NCBI GenBank assembly: GCA_013166775.1
Contig: JABLTJ010000007.1
Coordinates: 128,001 to 192,000, forward strand
Direction: 5' to 3'
Length of the DNA stretch: 64,000 nucleotides
DNA from: Promethearchaeati archaeon
Lineage (GTDB): Archaea; Asgardarchaeota; Heimdallarchaeia; Heimdallarchaeales; Heimdallarchaeaceae
A program made the translations under genes and the position numbers. Every line of letters begins with the position of its first letter. Position 1 is the stretch's first letter. The notes under the pieces are model-generated. The model did no database searches. It was not told the DNA's origin and saw only the letters and a list, made by a program, of their open reading frames with translations. Below are positions 61,244 to 64,000 of the stretch, one piece after another.

Positions 61244-61900
61244 TTATCGAGCTAGTATGATATCCTTCCAAGATTCAAATATCAAAACGAATCCTTTCGC
61301 TCCTGCATCTACAACATTTGCTTCTTTGAGTACATCTAGCATTTCTGTTGTCCTTTCAAGGCAGTCAAAAGCTATTTCTACAAGTATTTCCATATACTCT
61401 ATCCATTCAATTTCAGGGTTCCCTAAGATTATTGATTTAGCTTTTTCCGTTACTTCTTTCATAACAGTAAGAATTGTTCCTTCAGTAGGATTGAGAACAG
61501 AATCATATGCAAAATCGGTTCCTTCAATCAAAGCCTCACTGAAAACTTGAGGAGTAATGATTTCAGCTTTTTCGAGATGTTCAACTACCCCTATTAAAAA
61601 TTGAGAATAGATAACACCTGAATTTCCTTTAGCTCCAATGAAGCTTCCTTTGCTGATTGCCTGTAAAATTGCATCTCCAGTTAACTCTGTTACTTCCCTA
61701 ACTTCGTTAACAATAGCTTTTAGTGTGAAAAACATATTACTTCCTGTATCACCATCTGGTATTGGAAAAACATTAATTGCATTGATATTTTCTTTTTCTA
61801 TTTCAATACTTTTTTCGCTTCTTATCATCATTTCTTTGAAGAGAATAGGATCCAATATGTGATGGTCACTAATCATAGTAGTCACAATTGTTTGATACAT
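61244..61900 (-). CDS. stand-alone DAK2 (FakA/DhaL-like) domain protein
   Basis: INAINVFPIPDGDTGSNM, GAKGNSG, EGTILTV, VDAGAKG. Confidence 0.88.
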   Translation of the reverse strand: MYQTIVTTMISDHHILDPILFKEMMIRSEKSIEIEKENINAINVFPIPDGDTGSNMFFTLKAIVNEVREVTELTGDAILQAISKGSFIGAKGNSGVIYSQFLIGVVEHLEKAEIITPQVFSEALIEGTDFAYDSVLNPTEGTILTVMKEVTEKAKSIILGNPEIEWIEYMEILVEIAFDCLERTTEMLDVLKEANVVDAGAKGFVLIFESWKDIILAR

Positions 61901-62093
61901 CTTCTCTACTATTTAGGTTTAAAAACATTATCTAATCAGTATAGAATACTTCTTTCGATGACATCGGTTTTTCCCAGTGTATTCATTTGATCTTGGAATC
62001 TAAAAGATCTATCCAAACGCTATTCTAAATGAGTCATACCAACAGTTTTAAGAAGACTGTATAAAGCAATGTGCTTGTTAGAGGTGAAATTAT

Positions 62094-63278
62094 TTGGACA
62101 TACCTGAAGGATACTGGGGGATATACAAAGACAAAGAGAACATGCCTTTAGAAAGATTCGATCCTTTTCGAACTATAATCAATGAGTTTGGAACTAAAGT
62201 TGGGCATATTACACAATTTTCTCCTTTAAGAGGAATTCGACCTTTTGAACATAGAGAAAATAATCAGGAGAATACTGAGATTTCTAGTCCTGCAGATGAT
62301 TCATTCTGTAAGATTATTAGAGGAGATTTACCTGCAGTTGTACTTTCATTAGGTAAGCAAGTTGGTAAACACCCATTAAGCGTCAAATCAGAGAAAACCA
62401 ATTTATGTAAGTATTCTGCAATTTCAATAGTTAACCTATTCACACCAATGGCTCGAGTTCTATATGAACATACACAATCACTTGATTTAGTACAGGATAA
62501 AAGTGTTGGAATTGGTATTGTTCACCTTATTACAAATCATTATGATACGCTTTCAGAAACTTCAATTAGAGAAACTGTAGATCTATTACTCACAACACAG
62601 ATAGCACAAAAAAACAGCATACAAGTTCTAAAAGAGAAATATAATACGAATAGATTAACAACACTGCATTTCTTTAATATTGGAGAAGAAGCAGGCGCTA
62701 GTATTTGTCATCTTCATTCACAGACTTACATATATGCAAATGATATTGGACATGGCTGGACTTCTCTTGGATTTTTAAGTGTGCCAGGATTTCATAAAAA
62801 AAAGATGGAAAATGAAAACTATTGTTTAGCTTGTGAGTTAGTAAAGAATAGAGAGAAATTAAAAGATCCAATTGAACAAGAGCTTATAGTTGAAGAAAGG
62901 ATCGTTTTCGAGAATGAAGGATGGATACTTCTCACAGCTTTTGCTCCAGAGCGAGATGGACAGTTAAGATTAATACCTAAGAAGCATACGTCAAAATTCT
63001 ATGAACTTGATGAAAAACAAATTTATGATTTAGCTGAAGCTCTTGTAGTAGCTAATAAAGCTCTAGATAAATTCGTAAAGATGGCTCATCCTAGTATGAA
63101 TCTATTACAAGATCGGAACATTCTTTTCAGACAAGAAAATGTTGGTTACAATTCTGACATGCATATGCTAATAGATATCATCCCAATCCAAAGAATAGGA
63201 GGAGCTGAAATAATGGAAACATACAGAATTGCGACTATGTTTCCAGAGGATGTAGCAAAAATTATGAAAGAAGAATAG
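62094..63278 (+). CDS. GalT-like HIT-family nucleotidyltransferase
   Basis: GASICHLHSQ (HxHxQ), CLAC, ERIVFEN, PKKH. Confidence 0.7.
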   Translation: MDIPEGYWGIYKDKENMPLERFDPFRTIINEFGTKVGHITQFSPLRGIRPFEHRENNQENTEISSPADDSFCKIIRGDLPAVVLSLGKQVGKHPLSVKSEKTNLCKYSAISIVNLFTPMARVLYEHTQSLDLVQDKSVGIGIVHLITNHYDTLSETSIRETVDLLLTTQIAQKNSIQVLKEKYNTNRLTTLHFFNIGEEAGASICHLHSQTYIYANDIGHGWTSLGFLSVPGFHKKKMENENYCLACELVKNREKLKDPIEQELIVEERIVFENEGWILLTAFAPERDGQLRLIPKKHTSKFYELDEKQIYDLAEALVVANKALDKFVKMAHPSMNLLQDRNILFRQENVGYNSDMHMLIDIIPIQRIGGAEIMETYRIATMFPEDVAKIMKEE

Positions 63279-63312
63279 AAAAACTTCACTTTTAAATTAG
63301 GAGAGTTTATAC

Positions 63313-64000
63313 ATGAATACCAAGAAAAAAGTTCCAGTAGTTTTTGTTCTCCATGCTTACCAACCAGTTACTCAAGATGAAAAAATACTAAAAAGAATAA
63401 TAAACAATTGTTATCTCCCATTCCTAAAATTACTTGTTAAAAAACCTGAAATTAAAATCAATTTAAATATAACTGGGTGTCTTTTAGAAAAACTAGCAAT
63501 AAAATATCCTGAAGTCTTGGAATTATTGGAAAAAGCAATTCAAGCAAATCAAGTTGAAATAATGGGTTCAGCTTTTTATCATCCAATACTGCCTCTTTTA
63601 TCACCTCAAGATCAGCGTTATCAAATCAAGAAACAGAAAGAAACTGTCCATAATATTTTAGGTGTAAATACCGGCGTTTTTTTCCCACCTGAACTTGCAA
63701 TTTCAATGGATCTTATTCCACAAATTATTAAGGAAGGATATGAGATTTTAGTTGCTCCTGATAATATCAGTTACCATCCTTTTGGTGGAATTTATGAACT
63801 AGAGAACGGAAGGAATATTCTTGTACTTAAGAGAAACAAAAAGATAAGCAATAAAATATCATTTGATTTCTATAATCAAGAACTTGAAGAAGTTATTGAA
63901 GATATGGAGAAAACATATAGTTTAACAAACTACCCCATAGTTCTAGCAATGGATTTGGAAACATTTGGTGAGCATCATGAAAATTACTATAAGTTCTTTT
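63313..64000 (+). CDS. glycoside hydrolase family 57 (3' partial)
   Basis: HAYQP, NITG, YHPILPLL, FPPELA, DLETFGEH; runs off the window end. Confidence 0.88.
   Translation, partial: MNTKKKVPVVFVLHAYQPVTQDEKILKRIINNCYLPFLKLLVKKPEIKINLNITGCLLEKLAIKYPEVLELLEKAIQANQVEIMGSAFYHPILPLLSPQDQRYQIKKQKETVHNILGVNTGVFFPPELAISMDLIPQIIKEGYEILVAPDNISYHPFGGIYELENGRNILVLKRNKKISNKISFDFYNQELEEVIEDMEKTYSLTNYPIVLAMDLETFGEHHENYYKFF

Noticed and set aside
1-64000. tRNA, rRNA, integrase or viral genes
   Set aside because: No GC-rich structured RNA segments or recombinase/capsid motifs were recognised by eye; tRNAscan-SE/Infernal would be needed to exclude small RNAs.

Overview
AT-rich archaeal chromosomal segment, most likely from an Asgard archaeon (Heimdallarchaeia-like). 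This assignment is an inference from CDP-archaeol synthase CarS, three Rab-like small GTPases, a RING-like remnant, zinc-ribbon proteins and C-terminally anchored surface proteins. About 60 genes are present. They include a thiamine regulator/ABC uptake/kinase operon, Sua5/TsaC, nicotinamidase, TldD/TldE, FeoAB plus an unannotated Cys-rich peptide, a peroxiredoxin/nitroreductase cluster, a P2A-type Ca-ATPase with a downstream micropeptide, and a membrane pyrophosphatase (hppA). The most striking unexplained structure is at 48.2-55.4 kb. The last ~40-120 bp of hppA (C-terminal codons, a palindrome over the stop codon and a T-tract) recur as direct repeats up to five more times. Each interval holds a 1-2 kb unrelated gene module (lactate permease, Fpg glycosylase, membrane proteins, amidohydrolase+TetR, MNT-HEPN toxin-antitoxin). 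This resembles an integron-like cassette array or a repeated-integration hotspot, with no integrase in the window. A decayed region with several pseudogenes follows. No rRNA, tRNA, CRISPR array or transposase was recognised.
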